A DNA stretch of 64,000 nt from IMG/VR virus record IMGVR_UViG_3300028888_000043, positions 169,756 to 233,755 of that record; one strand, given 5' to 3'. Below the pieces are notes generated by a model. It was not told the origin of the DNA. It was given only the letters and a program-made list of their open reading frames with translations, and did not search any database. Position numbers and translations under genes: made by a program. Source of the DNA: a virus. Lineage: Duplodnaviria; Heunggongvirae; Uroviricota; Caudoviricetes. The number at the start of each line of letters is the position of its first letter. Positions within the stretch are counted from its first letter, which is position 1. This document shows positions 47,668-57,182 of this stretch, piece by piece.

Positions 47668-49248
47668 TTACTCTACATATGTTTCCTGAAGTTCCTTCTC
47701 GAACTTTCTGATTTCACCTTCAACAAGGTCAAGGGCTGACTTCACCTGCTCATTGTTATTGGTCTGCTGAAGACCTTCAATGAGCTGAGCCCTCTTCTCT
47801 GAAAGGAAAGCAAGTGTTTCCTTGATTTCATTTCTCTTTGACTCAATGATAGCATTCTTAATACCTTCTGCCTGAAGTTTCTCTGAAAGGATTTCAGTTG
47901 CATCATACTTCATAAAGTCCCTGATAGCATCAAGTGCCTCCTTGGCAGTATTGTAGTGAACCATCTCATTGATGTGGAGAGGAATGTTGACCTTATTCAC
48001 ATATACACCTTCCTGGACATTGATGATAGTCACAAAGAGTCCGGCAATCTTGTTGCTCTGGATGGTAGTGATAGGACTGTCAAGTTCAACAAGGATGTCC
48101 TTTGATTCAAAGAACTTCACGAGTTTCTCGCAGTTTCCGATAGTCTCCCTGTCAAAGATACCACATCTCTTCAATGTCTCATTGATGTCAATGATGGACA
48201 TCTCATTGATGTTATCCACACCGGTAAGAGAGAGTTCATCTGTCTGGCAGTTGTATTCAAGAACCATATTGTTCTTACCATAGTAAACAAGTCTGTCCTT
48301 GTCTGCCTCATACTTCAAGATTGAAAGACCTTCAAGAACATTGATGTATTTCCTGTCAGTGACTGTTGCCTCTTCAAGGGTGTTACCATCAAAAATGTAG
48401 TTCTTTCCATTGAGGTGGAAAACTTTCTTGTTCTCATCAACAATGAGTGGTGAGAAGTTCTTTCTTACTGAACAGTTGGAGTTCTCATATACACTGGTGT
48501 TGATTTCACCCTGTTCTGCCTTTTCCTCTGCTACGATAGAAGAAAGGAGAGACTTTGCATCCGCATTCCAGGAGTTCTCAAGAAGAACATCTTTAAGTGC
48601 AAGTCTCACATTGTCCTCATCAATGAGGACATCAAGAAGACTTTCATAAAGGTTGGCGAATGAAGGGTTTGAAGACTGTCCAGCAAGACTGTTGGCAAAG
48701 TTTGCTGCAACATAACTCCATTTGTCGCCAACAAATGTTTCAGCAATCATATTCCTGAAATCAGAAACAGGCATAATCCAGTCATACTGTGTGAGAACCT
48801 TATAAAGACTTTCAGCAACAGTGTATTTCAAAATTGGATTCACGAGTGTGTCATCAATCTTGTAACCAGCCTTGATTTTTTCCTCCATCACAGTCTTGTC
48901 ATCCTTTGTCATCTGAAGCTGTGCCATAGCATTCTCAATAATCTGCTTTGCACTGGATGCAGAGAAACCAAGACTGTTGTCAGACATCATCTCTTCAAGA
49001 GCCTCGATGGTCTTTTGAGACTGAGTGTGCAATTTTTCAAGTGTTAGTTTCATATCTTTATTTTCTTTTACGATGTTTATGTCCTTGTTAATCTGTGCAG
49101 TATGTTTGTTATAATAGTCCAGGTGTGCTTCCACAATCTCTGGAATCATACCTAACTGCCACATACACTGCTTTATAACCTCATCAGACTGACCGGTCTT
49201 TTTATAAGAAGCGATCAGGTTGATTAAGTTCTGATTCAAATTATCCAT
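47668..49248 (-). CDS. late hypothetical protein (possible head/core component)
   Basis: 526 aa, late promoter, C-terminal coiled coil. Confidence 0.65.
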   Translation of the reverse strand: MDNLNQNLINLIASYKKTGQSDEVIKQCMWQLGMIPEIVEAHLDYYNKHTAQINKDINIVKENKDMKLTLEKLHTQSQKTIEALEEMMSDNSLGFSASSAKQIIENAMAQLQMTKDDKTVMEEKIKAGYKIDDTLVNPILKYTVAESLYKVLTQYDWIMPVSDFRNMIAETFVGDKWSYVAANFANSLAGQSSNPSFANLYESLLDVLIDEDNVRLALKDVLLENSWNADAKSLLSSIVAEEKAEQGEINTSVYENSNCSVRKNFSPLIVDENKKVFHLNGKNYIFDGNTLEEATVTDRKYINVLEGLSILKYEADKDRLVYYGKNNMVLEYNCQTDELSLTGVDNINEMSIIDINETLKRCGIFDRETIGNCEKLVKFFESKDILVELDSPITTIQSNKIAGLFVTIINVQEGVYVNKVNIPLHINEMVHYNTAKEALDAIRDFMKYDATEILSEKLQAEGIKNAIIESKRNEIKETLAFLSEKRAQLIEGLQQTNNNEQVKSALDLVEGEIRKFEKELQETYVE

Positions 49249-49272
49249 ATAATGAGATATTTATTATATTAT

Positions 49273-49280
49273 TATTTATG
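49273..49280 (-). promoter_or_regulatory. late promoter CATAAATA
   Basis: Upstream of ORF 49248. Confidence 0.7.
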
Positions 49281-49285
49281 AAAGA

Positions 49286-50947
49286 TTAAAGATTGGCAAG
49301 AGGATTGTTATCTTCTTTCTCATTATCATTCTTTTCTTCTTCCTTTGGTTCTTCCTCAGACTTCTCATCTTCCTCATTTGAAGGTTCTTCCTCCTTCTTC
49401 TCCTCCTTCTTCACATCCTCTTTCTGGTCTTTCTCATCCTTCTTGTCCTCAGATTTTTCCTCTTTTTCTTTCTTTTCCTCTTTTTCCTCTCTTTCCTCTT
49501 CTTTTTCTTCCTGCTTCTTGACGGAACCTTTCAGCTTATCCATATCTTTCTGAAGGTCTTTAATCATATCCTCTATGGATTTGATTGCTTTCTGTTCCTT
49601 CTTTTCATTCTCTTCATCCTTGTCTTTCTTCTTGAAGTCTGCAAATGAGAGTGCCTGGATGGGTTGTCTTTCCTCTTCCTGTTTAGGCTGTACATTATCC
49701 TGTACATTTTTTACATCAAGTGTCATGATGTTTTTTGGATGTATGGTGTTCAGATAGGAAGAGAATGATAGGTCATTACCATCAGTCTTGTTTGAAATCT
49801 TGTCCTGTATCTTGTCAATGATACCATTGAAAATCCTTACAACACCTGGTGACATAACCAGTGATTTGTAGTCTTCCGGTTTCTTTGCCTTGAAACTGCC
49901 AAGCAGTGTCTTGAAGATGGATTTGTATTCCGGATTGTCTTTCAGGAGTTTCTTTGTTGTCTCATTGGAGATTTCATCAAGGTTGACATCAAAGTCAACA
50001 TCAATGGACTCCTTCACTATGTCATTGGTGTCCACATCGAAATCTTCAAGTTGTGACTTCTTGTATTTGATATACCTGTTGAACAATCTGTAAAACAATT
50101 CAAGGTATCTCTGACTCTCATCATCACCATGCAGAAGGATTGAATCCATATCCTGTCCTGCCATAAAGACAGCAAAATCAGACAACAGAACATCAGTATT
50201 GTCCTTGAATCCCTTGTTAGACTTGTTCTTCAATATGATATTGGTCATATAAGGGTCAATGAGCTTTGCCGATACCGGCTTTGTGATTCCGTCATCTGAT
50301 ATGAACTTGAATATGAATCCGTCAATGGGTGAATCAAAACCATCATTTTGATAAAGTGAATGGGTAAGGTTAGGATTCAGCAATGTGATTATAAACCTGG
50401 CGAATGATTCCTTTGTGGATCCGCTCTTTAAATAATCATACAACCTTTCCTTCTGATACTGTGTGAGATACCCTCTGAATACAGGCTCCTGGTAAGCAAT
50501 GTCAAACATCTCTGCCCAGGGTCTCAAATCTTCCACGTCCTCAATCTTTGTACCACCGGATGTGATGATACAAGAAAGAACCAAGTTGTTCTTCGGTAAG
50601 ACCGAATAATTGATGAAACTTGGTTGATGATTAGGGAAATACTTACAGACAAAAGTCCAGTTACTTGGAATCTTGTCTATGATGATTTTACTTAAATTAC
50701 TCAAATATGTCATACCACTGGAATAGAAGTTAGTCATAACCCTATCCGCTATGGTTATCTCTCTTTTGTTAACACCTGAACCCTTGTAGAAGGTCAGTTT
50801 CCTGTTCAGGTCTGTCTCGGATGTTGCCTTCTTCTGAAATGAGAGTGTTGCAGCATTGAGTTTTTCATTGACCACAACCTCTTTGTTCAAAAGGTTATCC
50901 AAAAATTCCTGACCTTCAGAGTTAAGTATGTTTTGTAAACTTATCAT
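49286..50947 (-). CDS. RNA-ligase/nucleotidyltransferase-like domain protein with charged C-terminal tail
   Basis: VVVNEKLNAATLSF (motif I-like), EPVFRG, IDGFIFK (motif IV-like), SAKLID (motif V-like). Confidence 0.55.
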   Translation of the reverse strand: MISLQNILNSEGQEFLDNLLNKEVVVNEKLNAATLSFQKKATSETDLNRKLTFYKGSGVNKREITIADRVMTNFYSSGMTYLSNLSKIIIDKIPSNWTFVCKYFPNHQPSFINYSVLPKNNLVLSCIITSGGTKIEDVEDLRPWAEMFDIAYQEPVFRGYLTQYQKERLYDYLKSGSTKESFARFIITLLNPNLTHSLYQNDGFDSPIDGFIFKFISDDGITKPVSAKLIDPYMTNIILKNKSNKGFKDNTDVLLSDFAVFMAGQDMDSILLHGDDESQRYLELFYRLFNRYIKYKKSQLEDFDVDTNDIVKESIDVDFDVNLDEISNETTKKLLKDNPEYKSIFKTLLGSFKAKKPEDYKSLVMSPGVVRIFNGIIDKIQDKISNKTDGNDLSFSSYLNTIHPKNIMTLDVKNVQDNVQPKQEEERQPIQALSFADFKKKDKDEENEKKEQKAIKSIEDMIKDLQKDMDKLKGSVKKQEEKEEEREEKEEKKEKEEKSEDKKDEKDQKEDVKKEEKKEEEPSNEEDEKSEEEPKEEEKNDNEKEDNNPLANL

Positions 50948-50977
50948 TCTCTGTCAAATTAAGATTTTAATACTCTA

Positions 50978-50985
50978 TATTTATG
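50978..50985 (-). promoter_or_regulatory. late promoter CATAAATA
   Basis: Upstream of ORF 50947. Confidence 0.65.
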
Positions 50986-50995
50986 GTATTATTGA

Positions 50996-51904
50996 TTACT
51001 TGATTTTTCTTCTTAATATCAAATCCTCTTTCAAGTCCTTTTGTTTCAGGTCATCCAAAGACCTGACTCTCATAGGGACCTTATGTGTGTTGGACTTCAA
51101 TGTGGGATCCTCAATATTGTCTGCATATGTTGATTCCACAATCTCTTCCATAACACCACCGGCTCTCATACCATAGACACCGAATTCATCAGGTCTGTAC
51201 TCAATGATACCCTTGGCATCTTTTGGTACTTGGAGAAGGAGTTCATCAATCTCACAAAGGAGAAGTCCATGTTCAAAGGCTGGAATGAATGACTTCATCT
51301 CCACACTGAATGATGTGGAGAATTCTTTCTTCTCGTTCAGTCCGAATTCCTGAGGGAGTTCATGGTTGTAATCCGGAGGTACTGTGAGACAGGCATCAAC
51401 ATTGAACATACCGAAATCAACCTTGAAGTAGTTTGGGTTCTTGTATATCTTGGATACAATGGCCTCGGTCACTTTTAACAATTCAATGTTATTGGAACAA
51501 ATGACTCTGCAATCAAATGAAAGGGTGACAGGTATCCATTCCACATTCATATAGAGTGTCCTCAATATACCCTGACTTTCCCTGACAATCTTTGTCCTGT
51601 TATACTTGTTTGTCTGCTCTGCCTGGTTGACTCCGAAACTTGTGAGATTTACCATACATCTTGGTACTTTCTCATAGTCACCAAGAGCCTTACCCTGTGC
51701 CAGGGCATCATAATAGAATTCATCTTTCAGAAACCTTTCGCCTCCTGTTATGGAATAAAGACAAGGTATATCCACTTTTTGAACACTACCATCATCCATA
51801 CGGTTATAGATGTACAACTTCTTGTTCATTTCTGCAAGAAGGCATACTATCATACTGCGGATGAAGACATCATCCTTGTTGTATTTCTGATTATAATCAC
51901 TCAT
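50996..51904 (-). CDS. gp15: tail sheath stabilizer / tail terminator (T4 gp15-like)
   Basis: KVDIPCLY....ERF, VPRCMVNLTS, IPVTLSFDCRV......LLKVTEAIV motifs. Confidence 0.75.
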   Translation of the reverse strand: MSDYNQKYNKDDVFIRSMIVCLLAEMNKKLYIYNRMDDGSVQKVDIPCLYSITGGERFLKDEFYYDALAQGKALGDYEKVPRCMVNLTSFGVNQAEQTNKYNRTKIVRESQGILRTLYMNVEWIPVTLSFDCRVICSNNIELLKVTEAIVSKIYKNPNYFKVDFGMFNVDACLTVPPDYNHELPQEFGLNEKKEFSTSFSVEMKSFIPAFEHGLLLCEIDELLLQVPKDAKGIIEYRPDEFGVYGMRAGGVMEEIVESTYADNIEDPTLKSNTHKVPMRVRSLDDLKQKDLKEDLILRRKIK

Positions 51905-52383
51905 TACTCTTCTTCCTCTTCTGCATCAGGTTTCTCATAACCGGCATCATTAAGAGCCTTTTCAACCTTGTCAAGTGTCTTGTCATCATCAGGGTCAATA
52001 CCAAGAAGATTCTCAACATCACCAACCCTGTCATTGAGGTCAGCAATCTGCTCTTCAGGACTCATATCATCAAATCCCCTGTCTTTGTCCTGCTGGTCAA
52101 AATCTTCTTCATCAGTTTCATCATTGATATGGACATAACCTGTAATCTGCGGGTTGTAGTCGGCAATCATATTCTTGGTAAGGTAGTTGATGTAGAACTT
52201 GTTCTTACCATGCAGTTTGGTGTCCAACATTTCTCTCCAACCCATTTCTCGCTTTGCCCTGGATGTATTAAGATATTTGACAATATCTTTATCAAATGCA
52301 AGGTGTCTTGCCAAGTCTTTAACAATATCCTTGTCTGATTTTACCTCTAAAAGGAAATCACTGTAACTCTTTATATTGTTCAT
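51904..52383 (-). CDS. acidic late protein with capsid-targeting-like N-terminus
   Basis: MNNIKSYSDFLLE; late promoter. Confidence 0.7.
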   Translation of the reverse strand: MNNIKSYSDFLLEVKSDKDIVKDLARHLAFDKDIVKYLNTSRAKREMGWREMLDTKLHGKNKFYINYLTKNMIADYNPQITGYVHINDETDEEDFDQQDKDRGFDDMSPEEQIADLNDRVGDVENLLGIDPDDDKTLDKVEKALNDAGYEKPDAEEEEE

Positions 52384-52409
52384 ATAATTGATATGTACAT
52401 AGTATAGAG

Positions 52410-52417
52410 TATTTATG
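52410..52417 (-). promoter_or_regulatory. late promoter CATAAATA
   Basis: Upstream of ORF 52383. Confidence 0.7.
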
Positions 52418-52419
52418 AT

Positions 52420-52451
52420 AAAAAAGACAGGACTCTTAAAAGTCCTGTCTT
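52420..52451 (-). terminator. intrinsic terminator
   Basis: AAGACAGGACT/AGTCCTGTCTT with A-run on the left. Confidence 0.75.
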
Positions 52452-52471
52452 CTGAATAACAAAAATACTAA

Positions 52472-52708
52472 CTAATTGAGTACACCGAGAATTTGTGTTT
52501 CCTTTACATTGGCAATTCTCCACTCTGCCATTGTGCCGTCATACTCTTTCTGTACAATCTTGTTGGCCTCTTCTGTGGTCTTTGCATGGACAAGCCATTT
52601 CTCCTGCCACTTCTTGATTTTAGGATTCCCAGCACGGTCTTCCACATCAGTCTCCTCCTGGAGTTTCACAGTTACTTCAAAGTAATTGATTTCAACATCT
52701 TTTGCCAT
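52472..52708 (-). CDS. DUF4494-like small protein (Bacteroidota-associated family)
   Basis: YFEVTVK...G..K.KK..EKWLVHA.T.EEA...I.NVKET pattern. Confidence 0.6.
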   Translation of the reverse strand: MAKDVEINYFEVTVKLQEETDVEDRAGNPKIKKWQEKWLVHAKTTEEANKIVQKEYDGTMAEWRIANVKETQILGVLN

Positions 52709-52710
52709 AA

Positions 52711-53292
52711 TTAAAATAATTTAACATTGTTATTAAGAATCTCATTAGGTAGTTTGCTTACTTCTTTCAGGTCTTCCAGAATCTGTATCTGCAAGTAGGT
52801 ACTCAATCTTTTCCACATTGTCTGTAGTCCTACACCGCAGTATTCACAAACAAGGACAAATATCTTGGCCATCGAGTAATCCTGTTTCAACTTTGGATAA
52901 CAGTATATGATGATGTCATTGATGACCTGATAGTTTACTGTGACTTTCTCTTCCCCGAGAAGGAGTTCCTTGTATTTGGAGTTTTCAATGATTTTCTGGA
53001 ATGCCTTTTCAAATTCTACATCCTCATAGGAGGAGTTATATTGATAGCTGTGAGGGTCAATGGTTATTTTCTCGTTACTGAAATCTTCCGTGAAGTCAAC
53101 CTGGTTCCATTTGTTGTTTTTTATTTTCAGTGACCTGGAAGTTTTTATTCTTTCCTCAACAGTCTTTTCTCCTGATTTCTTTGAGAATATGTCCACACCG
53201 TTTTCATCAAGGAATGTTCTCTTGTCAACGGCAATGTCATCATCTTCAATCAAGTCATTATCGAGATTTCTGGTCTCATTCTTATCACTCAT
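52711..53292 (-). CDS. possible late-transcription coactivator (gp33-like)
   Basis: C-terminal SMAKIFVLVCEYCGV......KRLS..LQ..ILEDL resembles the gp33 helical core; weak. Confidence 0.35.
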   Translation of the reverse strand: MSDKNETRNLDNDLIEDDDIAVDKRTFLDENGVDIFSKKSGEKTVEERIKTSRSLKIKNNKWNQVDFTEDFSNEKITIDPHSYQYNSSYEDVEFEKAFQKIIENSKYKELLLGEEKVTVNYQVINDIIIYCYPKLKQDYSMAKIFVLVCEYCGVGLQTMWKRLSTYLQIQILEDLKEVSKLPNEILNNNVKLF

Positions 53293-53319
53293 TTTTAATT
53301 AGACATTCATTATATATGA

Positions 53320-53331
53320 TAAAAATAACAA
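53320..53331 (-). promoter_or_regulatory. TTGTTATTTTTA promoter (middle-type variant)
   Basis: Divergent from the polymerase promoter. Confidence 0.6.
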
Positions 53332-53349
53332 ATTATTTTCAAATGGATT

Positions 53350-53361
53350 TTGTTATATTTG
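53350..53361 (+). promoter_or_regulatory. TTGTTATATTTG promoter (middle-type; also a perfect TAnnTTTG)
   Basis: Upstream of the DNA polymerase. Confidence 0.7.
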
Positions 53362-53408
53362 TTTTGAACTAAATCCAGCTTCTAAACTGGATATAAAATT
53401 ATGTATGT

Positions 53409-56348
53409 ATGCTACTTGATATTATCCAAGACAAATCAAATTTACAGGTATCTTACTGGGGTCCTGACGGGAAAACACACATTGAAATCATTCCTATTCC
53501 AGATGAAGAGCAGTACATCTGGCTCACCAGTCAAAAAGACAAAACTGACCTGAAAGTAAAGAATGTCCATAATTGGAATGGAAAGGCTGTATATAAACAC
53601 AGGGTCAATCCCTTCAATGAGAAACTTAACCGTTACAGGCAGTATGAAATACTTGATTCTCAACCAGATGAAATAAAGGAGAAAATCTTCTCTTATAACC
53701 TTCCTGATTTGTTTTTCATAGATATTGAAAATGAAATGCAGGATGGAAAACCCAATCCTGAAAAACCTGACAAACCAATTACTGTCATAGGTGTATGTTG
53801 TCCTAATGATAGTGTGATGGTTCTTTCTGGCGGATATAACCTTACAGAGAAGGAACAGGTCAGTATCCAGGAAAGGATTGATGAACACTTCAAGCAGGTG
53901 AACAGACACTTCAAGTTTGTGTTCAGGTATTTCAAGACTGAATATGACCTTCTTTATTTCTTCTTCTCAATGCTCATCCCAAAGATGGCGATGATGACAG
54001 GATGGAACTTTGAGGACTATGACTGGAGGTATATGTATAACCGTGCCAAACTCCTTGGTATAGACCCATCACTTGCATCACCTACAAGGATTCTTACCGG
54101 ACCTGTTGACAGACCGGCCCATGTTGGTCTCATTGACTACCTTAAAGCATACAAAAAGTGGACCTGGAACTCCAATGAGAATTACAGGTTGGACACCATT
54201 GGTGAGAAGTTGTGTAAAATTAAGAAAGTACAGCATGCAGAGTCTCTTGATGACATGCTTCACAACAACTTTGAGAAGTATGTTTATTACAATGCAATTG
54301 ACTGTTGTCTTGTAAAACTCATCCATGAGGCATGTAATGCATTGACCTGTGGCCTTACTACTGCCTGGTTGGGTAGGATTAAGGCTATGGATTGTTTCTC
54401 CACGACTTATATTCCTGAAAACCTGTTGAGGGCATCATTCTCTGGTGACCATAAGGTTCTGGGTGTAGACCCGTTCGCCAAAAAGAAGACAGGTGAGAAG
54501 TATGAGGGTGCATTTGTGAAGCAGCCTATTCCAGGACTTCATAAGTTCTGTACCTGTAATGACTATGCATCTCTGTATCCAACACTGATGAGGCAGTTCA
54601 ATATTGGTCCGGAAACACTGGTGACACTTCTCCCTGAAAAGGATGAAGTACTCAAACAACAGTGGAGGGACAAGGGTTATATTGTCTGTGCATCGGGGGC
54701 AGTCTATCAGAAGAAGGATGGTCATCTTAAGAACATCATCACTGACCTTTACTTCAAGAGAAAGGCATATAAGAAGACTTCCTTCAAGTTCACCCAGATT
54801 TATTATGACCTGAAAGACTTCCTCCATGCCAATGCATCCCCGGAAGAGATTGAAGATTATCTCAACAAAAATGACTTTGCCGGCAGAAAGGCAAGTGAGG
54901 TCAATGAGATTATGTCCTACTGCCAGGTACAGGCAGACATTTACAACAACTTCCAACTTGGAACAAAGGTTGTCATCAATGGTATCTATGGTGCATTTGG
55001 ATTCTCCGGATTCTATTTCTACAATCCCGTGATTGCCGAATCTGTCACCAAGCAGGGAAAGGATGCCATTCTGAATGCAGAAAGACTCATCAATCTCTGG
55101 GCAAACAAGATTTGGCAGAAGGATTCAAAGACACATCTTGCTATGGGTATCAAGATTACTGATCCAGAAAAGGACATCAAACCTATCACCAGATACATTG
55201 ATACCGATTCCATCTACACTTCTTATGATGATATCATCAGGGTGACAGACTGGTTTGATCATGATGTGTGGAGACTGACTAAAATCAACAAGCAGAATGA
55301 CCAGAAGGATTTCACCTATGTATCAATGGGAGGTTATCCCACTGAAGATGATGCAAAGAAATATTTTGATACTGATTCCATAGATACTACGAAGTATGAC
55401 TGGCATATTGACACCATTGAACCTGAAGGAAGGGAGTTCTGCCTTACTATTAATAGGGTGTTTATGTCCAACTATTTGAAGAAAATTCATGAGGAGTATG
55501 CCAAGAAGAATGGTACCCCTGCACTTCTTGACTTTGAGTTGGAAGCATACAATGAGGCGGGTATCTGGCTTGCCAAGAAGAAGTACATCAAGAATATGAC
55601 CTGGGCTGAACCAAATGTCTATTATGATTCCTGTTCCAAGATTAAGGCAACAGGTGTCGAGATTGCACAGACAAGTAGTTCACAGTGGGTGAAGAATCAG
55701 TTGATTGATTTGGTGAAGTGGATTTTCCAGCAGGAGGAGTTTGTCCTTGACAGTTTTGTGAAAAAATTGGCAGGTGTTAAAAAACAATTTATGCTCCAGA
55801 GTCCTGAAACTATCAGTGTTAATAAGGGTATGAACAAATACAGTGATTATGTGTTGAGTGATACTGGGGAAATTGACATGAATTCCAAGGCGATGATAAC
55901 AGTTCAGGGCGCTGCACTTTATAATTATATCTTGAACAGTAATGAGAAGTTCAAGAGGAGATACAGTCCTCTGTTTGATGCAGATAAACTTTGTGTTGTC
56001 TATGTGAAACCAACTTCAAAATACAAGTATTGGAAAAAGGAGACTAATGTTCCTGTGAAGGAATATAACAAGAATCCTGATATGTATAAACTTATAAGTG
56101 ATACAAAATCAATAATCAGTACACAGTCTGGTTCATATGAGGTATATAATGATATTATGAGTAATCAGTTCTGTGAAGCATTTAGTTATCCTGCTGGTAT
56201 GTACCCTATGGATATGGCATCAAACCTGGAGATTGACAAGAACAAGATGTTTGATCTCCTCATTTTGAGTCCTGTAAACAGGATTGTTGAGGCTATGGGT
56301 TATCAACCTATTGATATTTCTATGACAACTGAGACTGGATTGTGGTAA
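53409..56348 (+). CDS. gp43: family B DNA polymerase (T4 gp43-like)
   Basis: ExoI FIDIE, ExoII GWNFEDYD, ExoIII YNAID; Pol motifs DYASLYP, KVVINGIYG, YIDTDS, KKKY. Confidence 0.96.
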   Translation: MLLDIIQDKSNLQVSYWGPDGKTHIEIIPIPDEEQYIWLTSQKDKTDLKVKNVHNWNGKAVYKHRVNPFNEKLNRYRQYEILDSQPDEIKEKIFSYNLPDLFFIDIENEMQDGKPNPEKPDKPITVIGVCCPNDSVMVLSGGYNLTEKEQVSIQERIDEHFKQVNRHFKFVFRYFKTEYDLLYFFFSMLIPKMAMMTGWNFEDYDWRYMYNRAKLLGIDPSLASPTRILTGPVDRPAHVGLIDYLKAYKKWTWNSNENYRLDTIGEKLCKIKKVQHAESLDDMLHNNFEKYVYYNAIDCCLVKLIHEACNALTCGLTTAWLGRIKAMDCFSTTYIPENLLRASFSGDHKVLGVDPFAKKKTGEKYEGAFVKQPIPGLHKFCTCNDYASLYPTLMRQFNIGPETLVTLLPEKDEVLKQQWRDKGYIVCASGAVYQKKDGHLKNIITDLYFKRKAYKKTSFKFTQIYYDLKDFLHANASPEEIEDYLNKNDFAGRKASEVNEIMSYCQVQADIYNNFQLGTKVVINGIYGAFGFSGFYFYNPVIAESVTKQGKDAILNAERLINLWANKIWQKDSKTHLAMGIKITDPEKDIKPITRYIDTDSIYTSYDDIIRVTDWFDHDVWRLTKINKQNDQKDFTYVSMGGYPTEDDAKKYFDTDSIDTTKYDWHIDTIEPEGREFCLTINRVFMSNYLKKIHEEYAKKNGTPALLDFELEAYNEAGIWLAKKKYIKNMTWAEPNVYYDSCSKIKATGVEIAQTSSSQWVKNQLIDLVKWIFQQEEFVLDSFVKKLAGVKKQFMLQSPETISVNKGMNKYSDYVLSDTGEIDMNSKAMITVQGAALYNYILNSNEKFKRRYSPLFDADKLCVVYVKPTSKYKYWKKETNVPVKEYNKNPDMYKLISDTKSIISTQSGSYEVYNDIMSNQFCEAFSYPAGMYPMDMASNLEIDKNKMFDLLILSPVNRIVEAMGYQPIDISMTTETGLW

Positions 56349-56351
56349 AAT

Positions 56352-56363
56352 TTGTTATGTTTG
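56352..56363 (+). promoter_or_regulatory. TTGTTATGTTTG promoter (variant)
   Basis: 4 nt before ATG 56368. Confidence 0.55.
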
Positions 56364-56367
56364 TATT

Positions 56368-57132
56368 ATGATAGATGTATTAGAATTCAACATACCAAAG
56401 GATGTACTTGAAATTCTTTTGAAGGACAGGACTACGGGTAACAATATCCTGTGGGGTACTGACCAGTATGGATATGATCCAAAGTCCGAGATTCAGGTTG
56501 ACCAGATTATCTCTGGTGATGTAATTAAACCAAGAGTTTTGAAATCTCAGGAAACCCAGAAGTCCAGGACCGATTCAAAGGCCGAGGTCTACACCCCCAT
56601 TGAAATTATCAAGAAGATGAATGACTCTGTTGATACGGAAGAACCAGATACTGAAAAGTATATCAGAAAGAAAGTCCTTGAAGTGACTTGTGGCGAAGCC
56701 CCTTATCTGGTATCCAGGTATGATGTGTCAACTGGTAAGATGATTCCTTTGTCAGAGAGACAGGGACTTCTTGACAGGAAGATGAGAAGAATCAATGGAT
56801 TACAGGTGACAAGTGACTGTAAACATTGGTATCTTTGTACCTGTTATGCCCTTGAATCTACTTATGGATATGAATGGCAAGGTGATTCCCTTCTTCTGGC
56901 AAGGGAGAATATCCTGTATGACGTGATTGACTGGTATGAAGAAAAGTTCCAGAGAGCACCTGCACCAAGTATTGTTGAAGAACTTGCTGAAATTATTTCC
57001 TATAATATCTTCCAGATGGATGGAGTGACAATGTGTATTCCTTATTCAGATGTTCCTGCAAAGGTGATGAACTGGGAACTGGATGAAATGGAAAGATTTG
57101 ATGGGAAGCCTGAAGAATTGTCATTATTTTAG
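56368..57132 (+). CDS. restriction-modification M-subunit-like protein (SAM-binding half, no NPPY motif)
   Basis: LLKDRTTG.NILW.TD, AEVYTP, LEVTCGEAPYLVSRYD, YGYEWQGDSLLLARENI, NIFQMDG. Confidence 0.75.
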   Translation: MIDVLEFNIPKDVLEILLKDRTTGNNILWGTDQYGYDPKSEIQVDQIISGDVIKPRVLKSQETQKSRTDSKAEVYTPIEIIKKMNDSVDTEEPDTEKYIRKKVLEVTCGEAPYLVSRYDVSTGKMIPLSERQGLLDRKMRRINGLQVTSDCKHWYLCTCYALESTYGYEWQGDSLLLARENILYDVIDWYEEKFQRAPAPSIVEELAEIISYNIFQMDGVTMCIPYSDVPAKVMNWELDEMERFDGKPEELSLF

Positions 57133-57139
57133 TGATTTT

Positions 57140-57151
57140 TTGTTATTTTTA
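57140..57151 (+). promoter_or_regulatory. TTGTTATTTTTA promoter (middle-type variant)
   Basis: Upstream of the clamp-like gene. Confidence 0.6.
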
Positions 57152-57182
57152 TTGTAAGAAACATCTTTAAGTTTAATATAGT

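Noticed and set aside
53409-56348. Intein or intron in the DNA polymerase
   Set aside because: The ORF is continuous, with no intein terminal motifs or homing-endonuclease motifs seen.
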